A stretch of 64,000 nucleotides of DNA from Lama guanicoe (Eukaryota), in assembly GCA_013239625.1 (NCBI GenBank), contig MU053934.1:8577352-8641351 (forward strand), in the 5' to 3' direction. The translations under genes and the position numbers were made by a program. Below are positions 36,201 through 47,775 of this stretch, in pieces (within the stretch, counting starts at the first letter, position 1; each line of letters opens with the position of its first letter). The notes under the pieces were generated by a model. It was not told where the DNA came from. It worked only from the letters and a program-made list of their open reading frames with translations, and did not search any database.

Positions 36201-36796
36201 GTAAAAGTTTAAAAACAATGAAAGAAATGGCTCCCAAGTAGCCCTGGTTCACACGACCTTGAGTGCCGGATGCTTCTTTCCCGACGGTGCCAGCTGAATT
36301 CCTGGGAGCTCTCTCACTACACGGCTTGGGGCGTGTGGCCCTTCCGCTAACAGAACAACATAGCTGGGGTGGGTCTAGCAATCTGAGCTTGAACCAGCCC
36401 CTCTGGTGGCTCTGATTCTCACTTGAGTTTGAGAATGGCTCCCCTTGAGTGACATTAAAGGCCTGCCTTATACCCAAGGTTTGGATAATTTTTCTTGATC
36501 CCCCAGAAAGGCTGGTCCAACTATGGTTTTGTAGTATTTGCCCAGATTCATTTACATCAGTGCAGGAAAAAGTGTTAATTAACACACAGAAGCCTCCTTG
36601 TGAAATTGTTGCAGTTTAGAGCCATACATTTTTGGCCAACTGCTAGAGCCAAAGAATTATCTTCTGTCTGGAAATTCGGTAAGAAATCTAGGGTTGTGCT
36701 TTCACACCGAGCAACTTTTCGCTAGTGCCGGACATGTTTACTTTGGAACCACCCTCCTTGAATTCGATGTCATTTGCACACACATACACACACACA

Positions 36797-36985
36797 CGGA
36801 GCAGTCTGCTTGTAAACATTTAACCACTGGCTCTCGGAAAGCAGAGCCCTGATTTGTGGCATCTGCCAGTTTCCGTGGTGTGAATGATCCCACCGTGGCC
36901 GATTTTAAGCTATATGCATGAAGTCACTGGATGTGGATTTGGAAGAGATGCATGCAGTGACTCTCTGGGGCTGGTGTGAGCCTCT
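36797..36985. mobile_element. MER63-like hAT DNA transposon
   Basis: gtaaacatttaaccactggctctc..gccctgatttgt..ccagtttccgtggtgt..tcccacc.tggccgatttt.agcta. Confidence 0.6.
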
Positions 36986-38241
36986 CTGGCGTCAGCGCCT
37001 CCCTTCCAGTGGTGGCCGGGTCCGGCCGGGCCGTCCCTCCGCTTCCGGGCAGCGCCTCTGCCTCCAGGGCCCCACCCGTGGAGGCCGTGGGAACAGCGCC
37101 GCCTCCTGACTTAACCCGGATGTGGGAGGGGCTGGGGGTAGACGCGCAGCTGCGCATGTCCTCCTGGAGCCAGCCTTCCCTGGCCTGGATTTCTTACTCT
37201 GCAGGGACCTGCCTGCTGCTGCTGGAACGAGGCCTCTGCCACCTGAGGACAAGATGGGACATGTTCAGAGTGGCACTGCCCTGCAGGTGGGTTGGCGTCC
37301 TGGGGTTCTGTTTGGAAACCAGGGATCCTTGAGGGTAGGTGCTGGGGGCTCGCCCTGCGGAAGATGACCAGGGGAAGCGGCAGCATCCGCGGCCAGCACC
37401 CAGCTCTGTGTGCCCCGATGCGGGGTCCTCCCAGGGGTCTTGTCTGGAGGACCAAGCAGGTAGGGGTGGGGGCTGGGGGCGGGGTGAGCGGCAGCTGCCT
37501 AAGGCAGGACAGCTGAGGATGGTGCGGATGGTTTGGCCTGCCAGATGGTCTCGCGCGCTCAGATTGCAGCCAGCTCTCAGACTTCTCCCGGGATGCACCC
37601 CAAGCCACGCTCAGAAATGCTGCTCAGAGGAGGGAAGGACACCAAGGTTAGGGCTAAACCACCCAGCAGCATTACCGGAAACTGTAGGCACTGTTCTCGG
37701 GGAGCCGTGGGGGACCTGGAGAGGTGGACTGGGGGCAAAGCAGAGTCTAGGGAACACCGCAGTGCACCATAGGACTCGCAGATAGCGCTTAGCTCGCCTC
37801 TGCTCCCTCATCTGCTCCTCACGCCACTGTCATGGGGCCACCCAGGCCCAGGTGGCCACCTGCAGCCCCAGGCTGGCAAGGTCACCAGGTTAGGAGTGTG
37901 CATGCATGCGGCCTGGTGGCGTGGCCTCCAGCCATCCGCACGTGCCCCACGACGTGATTATTGTCCGGTGGGCAGAGATAGAGTGGCCAGAAACACAGGC
38001 ACAGGGCCACAGCCCGGGATGAAGTCACTGGCTGGCTGTGTGACCTGGATGTGTCCCTTTAGGTCCCTGTGTTTCAGGTCCGAGGCAAGAGCCAGGCTGG
38101 GTGGGTACACAGCAGGTCGTCAGGGAACCGGCTCTGCAGCCTGTGGGCTGTGGGGGCCAGATGAGGCAGACGGGGCAGCCCTGGGTGGTCCCGGGGTGCA
38201 GAAGCCACAGGGAAGCAGATTTCAGGTGACCTATGGAAAGG

Positions 38242-38630
38242 TGTCCTTAATGGGCTGAATTGTGTTCCCCTAGTATTTGCGAGCATGACCTGATTTGGAA
38301 ATAGGGTGACTGACTCTAAATGAGACCCCTGGGATGGATCCAGTGCAATACAACTGTGTTCTTATGAAAAAGGGAAATTTGGACACAGACACTCACACGG
38401 GGAGAAGGCCACGTAAGGTGGAGGCGGAGACGGGGTGGTGAGTCTCCAGGCCAGGGAATGGAAAACACTCATGGAGGGAAAATGATGAGGAAACACAGTG
38501 TGGAGACAGCCATCTTCGAGCCACAGTGTGCCTGAGGTTTACGGATGCTGGGAGAGAAGCCGGAAACAGATTCTCCCCCACAGCCTCAGGAGGATCCAGC
38601 CCTGCTGACACTTTAATCTCAAATTCCCTG
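38242..38630 (+). mobile_element. MaLR (MLT1B/C-like) LTR
   Basis: atgggctgaattgtgttccc..tttggaaatagggt..ggaaatttggacacagac..ccagccctgctgacac. Confidence 0.8.
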
Positions 38631-38639
38631 CCTTTGTGA

Positions 38640-39370
38640 AGTGGACAAAACCATAAAAAGGTGACTCATAGTAAGTTATGAAAACCTAAAGGAATCGAAT
38701 GGAGCAAGGAAGGAGAGGAAATGCTGTCTTGCTGAGAGTGCCTGGGACAGCTGCACTGAGGGGACTGTGGTCAAGTTCCCAAGCAAGTGGGGGAGCCAGC
38801 AGGGAAGACGGCTGGAGAAGAACATGCAAATGCAAGCACAGCCTGTGCAAAGGCCCTGTGGCAGGAGCAGGCCTCATGGGTTCCAGGAAGCACAAGGAGG
38901 CCACGTGGCTGGGAGAGAGCCATGAAAGTGAGAAGAGCAGGAAGGGAAGCTGAAGGGGCCAGATGTGCAGTGCCTATGGCCTTGAGGACTTCAGCTTTTG
39001 CTAAGCAGGAGTGACAGCAGGATTTTAACAGAGGGGCTATCACACTGCCCACATGAATGGGGCTGCCTATGTTCAGGCAGTGGTGGCAGTAATCCAGGTG
39101 AGATCATGGCTGAGATCAAGGTGATGTTGGTGTGGGTGGTGAGATACAGGCACATCCTGTGAATGGTCCGAGGATGCAGCTGACAGATTGCCGATGACCA
39201 GGCGGGAGGAGTGAAGGGTGACTGCAGAGGTGCTGGCCTGCGTATCAGGAAGGCTGACTCCCCCCGCAATGGGGAAGGTGCAGGAGGGGCTGCGGGAGAC
39301 CAAGCCATCTGAGATACCTGCCGACATCAGTGGGGCTGGCCACGGGCAGCCGGATATACTCAGCGAGGGG
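38640..39370. mobile_element. L2 LINE fragments
   Basis: agcctgtgcaaaggccctgtggcagga..ggattttaa..gtaatccaggtgaga..ggagtgaagggtgact. Confidence 0.65.
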
Positions 39371-40064
39371 GTCCCTGGCAGAGGTGCAGGCTGGAGATGG
39401 AGGTTGAGGAGCCACCAGCACAGAGACAGAAAGCCCAGAGGCTGGACCAGGCCAGCAAGAATTCAGGAGAGAGAGGTGGGCCCCCCGGCACTCAGCGATT
39501 AGGCAGAAGAGAAACTGGAGGGGTCCATCTCCGTGACCCTGGGCCAGTTGGGGACAGGACGGTGCTGTGGCAGACCCCTGTGGCGGGGCTCCACTTTATA
39601 GTCTGTCCCATTCCCTGGCCACAGCTGACTGTCCAGCAGTGGGGGCCTCGCCCAGCTGGGCCGACCAGAGGCCTCTGTACGTCTGGAGCAGGGGTGCAGG
39701 GAGGCTGGCTTCCCAGTCTGGCTAAGCCCCGGGGCAGTTTTGGCTAACCTCGCTGCCAGGCTGCCTGGGAGGCAGAGAAGGCGAGGATGTTGATGCTGAG
39801 AGGGAGGGAGGGAGGGAGGGTGTGGACCTGGCACCTGGCCTGGGTTTCTGTTACTTGTGACCATCAATCCTGGTCCTAACAGGTGCACATGCCACCTCCT
39901 AAGGGGACCAGTGCATGGAAGGCGCCTGAGAGCCTACCCCACCTCCCTCCCTCTGTCAGGGTGGGGCGAGGGCAGAACGCTGATTTTCAGCCTCTCCGAT
40001 TTCCACCTCCCTGCCCCATGTGCTCCCAGAGGTTTTTCCGACGAAGGCAAGGAAACAAACCGCA

Positions 40065-41898
40065 GGACTTTGAAATCATCCATCGAGTTTAATGCATCGT
40101 ACAGAAGGGAAACTACATCAGCATATTTAAGACAAACACTTTTTCTCTATCCTCACTATCCATTGGACGGTCCTCCTCGGTCCAAAAAACTAAGTCTCAA
40201 GACACATCGGCAGCTACCCCTCCTGGGTCCAACCTTTCATATCCTCCCAGTACATTTTTAAAAAATTTAATTCACTCCATCCAAGAAGAAAAACAAACCA
40301 ACAGAAAAGGAACCTGAAGACATTTACATTGCAAGCCACGCAGTAATGCATAATTGGCATCTCGAGTAACCAATATATAAGACATGTGTCTCACAGTTCG
40401 CTTTGTTCATCAATAAAAGAATATAAAAATCTTGTTCAACCCAGTGTTGAGTGTATTAAAATAGATCTGTATCGTACAGCACAGTTTCTCCCGGAGTCGT
40501 GAAAATGACAGGAGGGACCATGGCAGTCTGTGGGATTCCGGCCAGCCTCCTTGCTCTGCACCTGGCAGCGTGTGTGCGTGCGTGTCGGGGGCCACGTATG
40601 CACACGCACACGTGTGTTCAGCGCAATGTGGCACCGTGTGATATGCTGGGGGTGGGAGCCCTGTGGCTCCCAGATGCTCATCCTGTTGTGCTAAGTCCCT
40701 GGGGACTGGAGAAGCTGAGGGTGTGACGAGCCCGCAGCTTGTAAGCTGGCGGGCACCCTCGGCTCTCGGGGTGGGGGGACGGCAGGAAGAGGGCCTCTCC
40801 GGTCTCCCAAGGCCACCCCTCCCTTCTCCCCAACCCTCACCCCACTTCTTCAAACCCCTCTGGATCCGTCCAGTTTGGCAGCACCCCGCCCCCGAGGGGT
40901 TTCCCGTTGGTCCCTGGCAGCAGAGACCACTGGGAGCAGAAAAAGAAGGTAGCAAGTGTCCCCTTCACATTAACTATCTCACGATAAAAACACCATACAA
41001 AAATGTAAAGTTTCTTTTTGGCATAGTGTCTGTACTGGCAAGACAAGAGGAGTGGGAGACTTTATCGGCTCTTCGAAGGGAGAAGACAAAAGGCTTCGGT
41101 CGGAAGTTGAACGATTCAACCCAAAATAGAAAACCCACCAAACGCCTCCACGGCACGGCTGCAGCTCCCTCTTGCCCCAAAACTCCATGAGAAAAAGACA
41201 GCGAGAGCAGAACAGGTCCCAGAGTCAGCAGAGGAAGGAGGCGGGCAGCCAGGGCTCTCAAGACGCGGCGGCGGAGCCTGGCATCCCCCCAGGCGCCTCC
41301 TTCACGTTAAACAGCTGCGGGTCGGAACGGCAACACTGACAGCGGGGCAGGGGCGTCTGGGAGGCGGGGGCCGGGCCTGGCTCGCGCCCAGCGGGCCCCG
41401 TGAGGGAGGGCGGCGGCTTCTACCTAGATCTGCTACCCACTCTCGCCCCAGCTACCTCTACTGCTCAGCTACGTTGTGCCCCAGCTCCCCGCCCGCAGGA
41501 CCCCCGGGCCTTCCTCCTGGGGCCTGGGCTGCACAGTCCTCCTGGCCCCTCCGGGGCCTCAGCCCTCTTTCTCCTGCGGGGGTGGCACAAGGCCGAGGAG
41601 ACACCTGTGCCCAGAAGCCGGAGGCCTTGGCAGCCCCCCAATAGCCAGGAGCTAACTGTATGCCCCCACCTGGCTCCTGGGCGTCCCGTCTGAACGTGAT
41701 GGGTGTCGGACTCCATCCCCACCCGTCCAGGCTCTAGGCTTCTCATCCAGCTCCTTCTCCCTTCGCTCCTCTGTCTCTGTCTGGTTTTATTTTTGTCTGC
41801 AATTCATAGTGTTTATGAATTAAGGCTGACAGAACCCTCAGGTCTTGTGAGCAAGGTCCCAGTGACTTTCCGTGGGTGTGAAGATGGGTCCCTTGGGG
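40065..41898 (-). other. PHF21B: PHF21B 3'UTR (approximate 3' end)
   Basis: Segment after the stop with no recognisable repeats and U-rich blocks. Ends near ATTAAA at 40088-40093, followed by a GU/U-rich downstream element. Confidence 0.7.
40088..40093 (-). terminator. Probable distal PHF21B poly(A) signal ATTAAA
   Basis: tttaat on the + strand; minus-strand downstream sequence ggtttgtttccttg is U/GU-rich. Confidence 0.6.
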
Positions 41899-42117
41899 TC
41901 AGTTGTGCCCCTGGGGATGCTGGAGGGCAGAGTGCATGGCGGCTGCTGAGGGCTTGGTCCAGGGCCCAGCCAGCAGTGGGGCGGGGCTGGTGGTTGTCAT
42001 GGTGACCTGGAGCATCTGCTCGCCCTGTATCAGTCTCAGGAGGGCCCGCAGGCGGTCCAAGGATGACTGGGTGCCCCTCTGCCGGGCCAGCAGGCTCGTC
42101 TTCAGCTCCAGGCATTT
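41899..42117 (-). CDS. PHF21B: PHF21B last coding exon ([23 protein letters not shown]...QHPQGHN*)
   Basis: gacAG acceptor; 72 codons plus TGA at 41899-41901. C-terminus matches recalled human QHPQGHN. Confidence 0.95.
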   Translation of the reverse strand, partial: KCLELKTSLLARQRGTQSSLDRLRALLRLIQGEQMLQVTMTTTSPAPLLAGPWTKPSAAAMHSALQHPQGHN

Positions 42118-42747
42118 CTGTCGGGGGCAAGGAGTCAGAGAGTAGGGTCTCAGAATTCAGCTAGGCAGGTGTCCTGCGACAGCCACCCCTCAGCCCCTTC
42201 TCCCAAAGCCCCTCCCTTCTATTGCAGAGGCCTTCAGGAAACCATGAAGAGGGCCTCACATACACCAGGCAGCAGCAAAAGTGGAATTAAACAGCAGCCA
42301 GACCCACAGGAGATACTTGTTTTACAGTCGAGGGCTGGAGATGGTGTGCGTGTGTGGGAATGTGGGAAAGTTCTCCCTCGTGCTTGTGACACTGCCGAGC
42401 AGACCCCATCTCTCTCTCCTCCTGCTGGAGGAAGCTCACAGCCTGTTTGGGCTCAGCAGCAGCAGCTGTGGAAGACCTTCCGATCCCTGGCCGGCTTCCC
42501 ACTCTGTCTCCTGCCTGCTGTGTTCGTGGCTTTTGCTAGCTTTTGTATATATCATGGTGGCACAGGAAAGTGGTAAGGGCCGATGCCTCAAGTGAGAGTT
42601 TCACTCATCTGCTGCTTGGACAGGTAACTGAAACTCCCTGAGACCGTGTCCAAACCACTGAGAGAGGAATAATCATGTTATTGAGAGGATTAAATGAGAT
42701 ACTGCATTTAAAGGGTTTTACCAGGACCTGACACTGCTGTTGGCAAT

Positions 42748-43087
42748 ATCACCACCACCACCATCATCATCACCACCATCAACATCACCACCATCACCAC
42801 CATCATCATCCTCATCACAACCATCGTCACCATCACCATCATCATGCACACCTTTATCACCACCACCATCATAACCATCACCACCTCCATCACCATCACC
42901 ACCACCATCACCATCACCACCATCATCAATATCATCACTGACATCAATGTCATCACCACCATCAGTATCATCGTCACCATCAGTATCATCACCATCATCA
43001 CCACCATCACGATCACGTCGCCATCATTAACATAATCATCAAAATCACCACCGTCACCACCACCACCCTCATCTTGCTGATCACCAC
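42748..43087. repeat. Degenerate (CAC/CAT)n trinucleotide repeat in the last PHF21B intron
   Basis: About 340 bp of caccaccatcatc-type units, read directly. Confidence 0.95.
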
Positions 43088-43372
43088 TCTGCAGAGGAGA
43101 AATCATCGCGTTCACTTTATACAAGAAGCTGAGGTTCAGAAGCAGTCAGGGCCTTGCTGAGGTCCCAGAGCTGAGAAGGAGCAGAGCCAGATGCTCAGCT
43201 GCTTGATAACTATTTGTGGAACGAGTCACAGAGCTGCCTTCTGCACTTGCTGACTGGCTGAGTGATGCTGGCGAGTCTGTTTTCTCCTGGGGCCTCGGTA
43301 AGCGGACAGTGAAGCTTTGGATCTAGGTCTCGTGGTTCTGAAGGCAGATCCCCCACCACCCACACCACACAC

Positions 43373-43476
43373 CTTCACCGCTGAGGCCAGGCGCCGGTCC
43401 CGCTCCTCCAGCTGCTGGTGCTCACTCTGCAGCTCACTGCCCCTCTGCAGCAGCTTCTGCTTCTCCTCTTCCTTGA
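43373..43476 (-). CDS. PHF21B: PHF21B coding exon, coiled coil ([35 protein letters not shown])
   Basis: 104 nt, ccccAG acceptor and GTgtgt donor. Confidence 0.95.
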
Positions 43477-43811
43477 CTGGGGAAGAGAAGGCCATGCCCC
43501 CCCAGGAGTGGCAGGTAAGCAGGGGCTGGGCTGTGGTTGAGCAGGAGAAGCAGAGAGAATCCTAGGCCCCCGCCTATAGACCATTCTGGCTACGGCCTCC
43601 TGCAGGAGCCAGCGGCTCTTGCCGGATGAACAGGGACTGGAATTCCAACCCCGCAGCAACCGCCCTGCACACAGGACTAGTCCCAGGGTCCCCCTTTTCA
43701 GAGCTTTGGCTCAGAACAGCCTCCGATGGGCCCCGGGTGAGCCGAGAGGCCTGGGGGCAGGTGGGACAGAGGGGAGTCAGTGCCCCCTCCCACTTCCCGA
43801 GGCTGTCTTAC

Positions 43812-43887
43812 CTGTCTTGTGGGTCACGTAGGAGTGCACGATGGCCAGCATCCCGGTCCAGGGCACACCTTCGTCTTTCTTTAAGGC
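43812..43887 (-). CDS. PHF21B: PHF21B coding exon ([25 protein letters not shown])
   Basis: 76 nt, ctccAG acceptor and GTaaga donor. Confidence 0.95.
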
Positions 43888-45107
43888 CTGGAGGGCAGAT
43901 GGGGAGCTGAACAAGTGGACAGCCTGGGGCCCGCCCCACCCTGGCTCGCCCTCGGGGAGGCACGAGCTCTTCGGGCTGTAGGTTCTGGTGTGATCTGGGG
44001 TTGGGGCTGCACCTGCCTCCTGGTCTGTCTCACAGAGGCCTCTCAACAGGAGTCGCTCCCAGAGGCAGGAACCTGCTTATCGCCAGGTCCCCACGTGGTG
44101 CCCGGTGGGAAGCAGGCGCAAGTTCTTCTTAAATGAACGAATGATCATGTGTCTTCTTCCCACGTCCCAGGGACTTCAGAGCAGTCCCGGGCAAGCCAGC
44201 GACAAACTGGGGACTGCATCCCCTCAAAGAGTTGTGACCGCCCCCCCTCCCCCGGCTGAGGCAGTCACAATACAGGGCTGGTGGCCTCCGGGAGCAGCCC
44301 CACAGGGGCACACAGCCGACTGCACCCACCGTCTCCCTCGGTCTCTACAAAACCCAGGATGATGGGAACTCACAAGCGTTAGTATTTTTTTTTGAAATAA
44401 ACGTGATTCCCCAATGATTTTTACAAGTAATACATTCTGTAGAAAAGCACACTTTTTAAAAAGCATTAAACAAACAAAACACTGATACTTCCCCTCACCC
44501 AGCCACGCACAGTATTAACACTTGGAAATATTTTCTCCCAGGTTTTTTATTCTGCATAGTTTTTCCTCAGATAGCTGATGAACTACACAGCAGCTATAAA
44601 ACCTGTTTTTGATTTTTATTTTTTAAAGACATGATCTCACATAGAGAACAACTCCAAAAGAACCACAAAATCCTTGTAAAAAATCCAGTGATCACATATC
44701 TCAGAGAGTAAAGAGCTAGAACCTATTTTACCAACTCCTTGTGGGGAAGCTGGTCTGTTTCCAGCTTTTCCCTTTAATAAAGAAAGGCTGAGGGGCTTCT
44801 CTGTGCACAGAACTTTGCCTATATTGCCTAGACTCCATTCCCCAAAGCAAGACTCTGGGTTTAAAAAGTGTACAATTTTTAAGGCAGTGCTTGAGAGTGC
44901 CTGCTTCACTGCATCATCACCAGAAGGGAGTGTTACTGCTTTTTGCTAATTTGATAGCTTTTCATTTGTGGGTTGTTATCCGTGAGATCAAATGTGTCAA
45001 CTGGCACTATTTTTGCAGTTTGTGTTGCTAGGCTGGTTCTACCCAGGGGAATCTGGAGTCACTGAAAGTCAGATAGCTGCAGAGGGACACCTGTGCTCAC
45101 TCTGCAC

Positions 45108-45270
45108 CAGTGGTCCTCCCCAGCGATGTCTGAGATGGCCATGATGGGGGATGCTATTGGCATCCAGTGGGTGGAGGCCAGGGACGCTGCTGAGCAGACT
45201 ACAGTGCACAGGGCAGCCCTCCACAATGGATCATCCAGTCCCAAACGTGGGCTGTGGGAAGGCCTGTTCT
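45108..45270. mobile_element. MER20 DNA transposon fragment
   Basis: tgctattggcatccagtgggtggaggccagggacgctgct..tacagtgcacagggcagccc. Confidence 0.8.
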
Positions 45271-45427
45271 TCCCCAGCCCCTCTTCTCCCTCCTCCTCAG
45301 CCCTCCCCGTCTCTGCTCATGGCTGAGGCAACCCAAGAAGTGCAGACGGCCTGAGCAGCCTCAGATGCTGTGCCGGGCGAGGGCCCTGGCGGTACAGGGA
45401 CAGGGTGAGGGCGACAGCTTCCCGTAC

Positions 45428-45586
45428 CTTCTGCTGACACTTGGGACACACCCACACGCCCTTGGGCGCTGACTTGAGGGGCGGGTCCAGGCAGCTGAGG
45501 TGGTAGGCCCCCGGGCAGGCGCCGCAGGGCTGCAGGTCGGCCCCTCGCCCGCAGGCAGCACAGCGCTCATCGTGGGCGATCTCGTT
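45428..45586 (-). CDS. PHF21B: PHF21B PHD-finger exon ([53 protein letters not shown])
   Basis: 159 nt; intact C4HC3 PHD pattern; AG/GT boundaries. Confidence 0.97.
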
Positions 45587-46601
45587 CTGCAAGAGAGGGG
45601 AGGGTGGAGGCGGGTCAGCCGGGCTGGGGTTGGGGGGGCGGGGGCCCAGGCAGCTGCCACCCCGACCTGCTGGGGACCCTCTCCTCCGCCAGTGTTTCTC
45701 AGCAGCCCTGGGAGAGAGGAATAAAGAAATAAAGGAATAAACCCAGGCGGGGGGCGGTGATGACAGTGTGGGGACAGGCCTGGAAACTAGGAGGAGGAGC
45801 AGCATCCGGGTCTCTTGCCTCAAAGCCAGGGCCCTTCTAGGACTGTGGGCTCTGCAGAGCAGGACTCGGGCTCCAGGCATCCCCTGTCCCCGTGGCCGGG
45901 CTGGCTGTGTCAGGGTGGCTGTGGACAAATGCTGCCCCAGCAGCCCCGACCTGTGACACTGCAGGGTTATTACTGCCAGCAGCTCAGCCTAATGGGAGTT
46001 TCAGCACCTGTTGCTCTTTGGTGGCTTGACCTTCACTGGCGTGGAGGGCCTGGGAATTTCTCTTAGAATTAGATCTGCAACTTTGCAAAAAAAAAAAACT
46101 GAAACAGTGAATAAACTCTGAAGCCATGCCCACAAATGAGGTCAGGACCAGCCAACCCTGGGAAGCCGGGTCATGGTGCGTGCATGGGGGGCTGGGCTCT
46201 CGCATGATCGCAAAATCTGGGTGTGTGGGGTGGGACCCTGAGACCCAAGCCCAGTCCCTCACCAGGTGGGGAATGAGGACCAGAGAGGGCCGGCTCTGCC
46301 TGGGGTCACACAGCGAGGCCAGACAGAGCCCGCTGGCGCCCAGCATCAGCTGCTTCCATCCAGGGCCCCTGAGGCCTCAGTACTGAGCAGGGCCCCTGCT
46401 TGCGCCTGTGGGCTGGGCCCTGTGGTGGTGCCGATCGCCAGGCAGGCTGGAAAGTGGACTGGTGGTGTACGAAGCTCTCGGCACCGAGGACAGAACCTGA
46501 GGCCCTGAGCTCCACTCCAGGGCAGCAGGAGTGACACTAACCTGGACCGTACGGAAGGCGTGCCCCACCCCACCCAGCTGCGGAGACCAGGGTACACGTA
46601 C

Positions 46602-46624
46602 CTTCCAGCAGGGGTCCTCATTGG
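46602..46624 (-). CDS. PHF21B: PHF21B 23-nt microexon (ANEDPCWK)
   Basis: gtgctAG acceptor, GTacgt donor, CACTAAC branch point at 46654-46660. Required to keep the frame between the flanking exons. Confidence 0.92.
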
Positions 46625-47018
46625 CTAGCACAGGGAAGAAGGGCGGAGAGCATGTTAGTGGGCACGGGAGGAGCACTGATCAGGACTGGAGTCCGCGGTC
46701 CAGCGTGAAAGGGGCTCTCACCCAGGGCATGATGGGAGTATCACAGGCCCCCCGGGGACGCCTGGGTTCTCACCCAGGGCTCATGGGAGTAAAGGTCTCT
46801 GCCCTGGCCTTGGTCAGGACCCGCCAAGGGAGAGGTGCACCGTGGCCCCGAGCTCCCTGAAGAACACGGCAGCAGCGAGCTGTCCTGTCCAGTGGGGGGA
46901 CATCACTCCAGGGATCCCTCAGAGTGACTTACTGTCAACTCGTTTTGGGCCGTCACTCACTTCCGTTCTAGTAAGTGACGCCAAACCACGTTTTAATGAT
47001 CACAAAACACAGTTTTCC

Positions 47019-47196
47019 AGGAGGAGGGTATGGCTCACGTGGTAGAGCGCGTGCTCAGCATACACAAAGTCCTGGGTTCAATCCCCAGCACTTCCTCTAA
47101 ACCCAGCACCTCCTCTGAAAATAAGTAAGTAAACCTAATAACCTACCCCCCCCAATTTTTTTTTATTTTTAAAAATTTTTTAAAAAATTAAAAAGT
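47019..47196 (+). mobile_element. tRNA-Ala-derived SINE (vic-1-like), antisense in PHF21B intron
   Basis: gggtatggctcacgtggtagagcgcgtgc..gtcctgggttcaatcccc; TSD core agttttcc at 47011-47018 and 47197-47204. Confidence 0.88.
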
Positions 47197-47720
47197 AGTT
47201 TTCCTTTCAGTTTCTGGAAATCATACCATCCAGTGGGAAGAATGGCTCCCGTGCATTCACAGCGCTCGACAGTTTACAAAGCGCTGTCACGCTCACCGCT
47301 CGTGTCACTGTCCCAGCTCAGAGAGGCAGTTACTGTTAGGGGCCCATTTTCTACAGATCAGTAAACCAGGGCCCAGGGCGGTAATGTGGCGTGTTGAAAG
47401 CCGCCAAGAGTCCCAGGAAGCAGGCGGTCATCTTCTGCCCTTAGGACTCCTTGTTTCTTTGGCACCACGTGGCCTGGTTCTCTGCTCAAGGCCACACTCA
47501 GGGGTGGGACAGAGGTCAGCCCGGAGCCCCGGGTTCTGGGCCTTGTGCGCGGCCCCGGCCCACACGCCTGCTCAGGGAGGTCACAGCACGGGGGCCTGTG
47601 CCTGGAACGCGCCGCCCGCCAGGAGCAAGTAAGTGGCCGCCGCCGTGGACGAGGCAGGCTGGGCGGTCAGGCCCGCTGCCGCGGAGGGAGGTGGCCCCGG
47701 CCCAGCCCCGCCTGCCTTAC

Positions 47721-47775
47721 CTCTCGCTGTGAGGAACAGGGGCGTGTTGAGATAGTTGGACGCCAGCCGCTTCCT
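47721..47775 (-). CDS. PHF21B: PHF21B coding exon (RKRLASNYLNTPLFLTAR)
   Basis: 55 nt, ctgcAG acceptor and GTaagg donor. Confidence 0.94.

Noticed and set aside
42708..43124. Met/Val-rich 138-aa ORF and the opposite-strand Thr/Ile-rich ORF
   Set aside because: Both are translations of a triplet repeat inside an intron; there is no coding evidence.
45587..47720. PHF21A-type AT-hook exon (GRPPKY...) in PHF21B
   Set aside because: I could not find a GRP-encoding exon with suitable splice sites in either intron flanking the microexon; a tBLASTn with the PHF21A exon would settle it.
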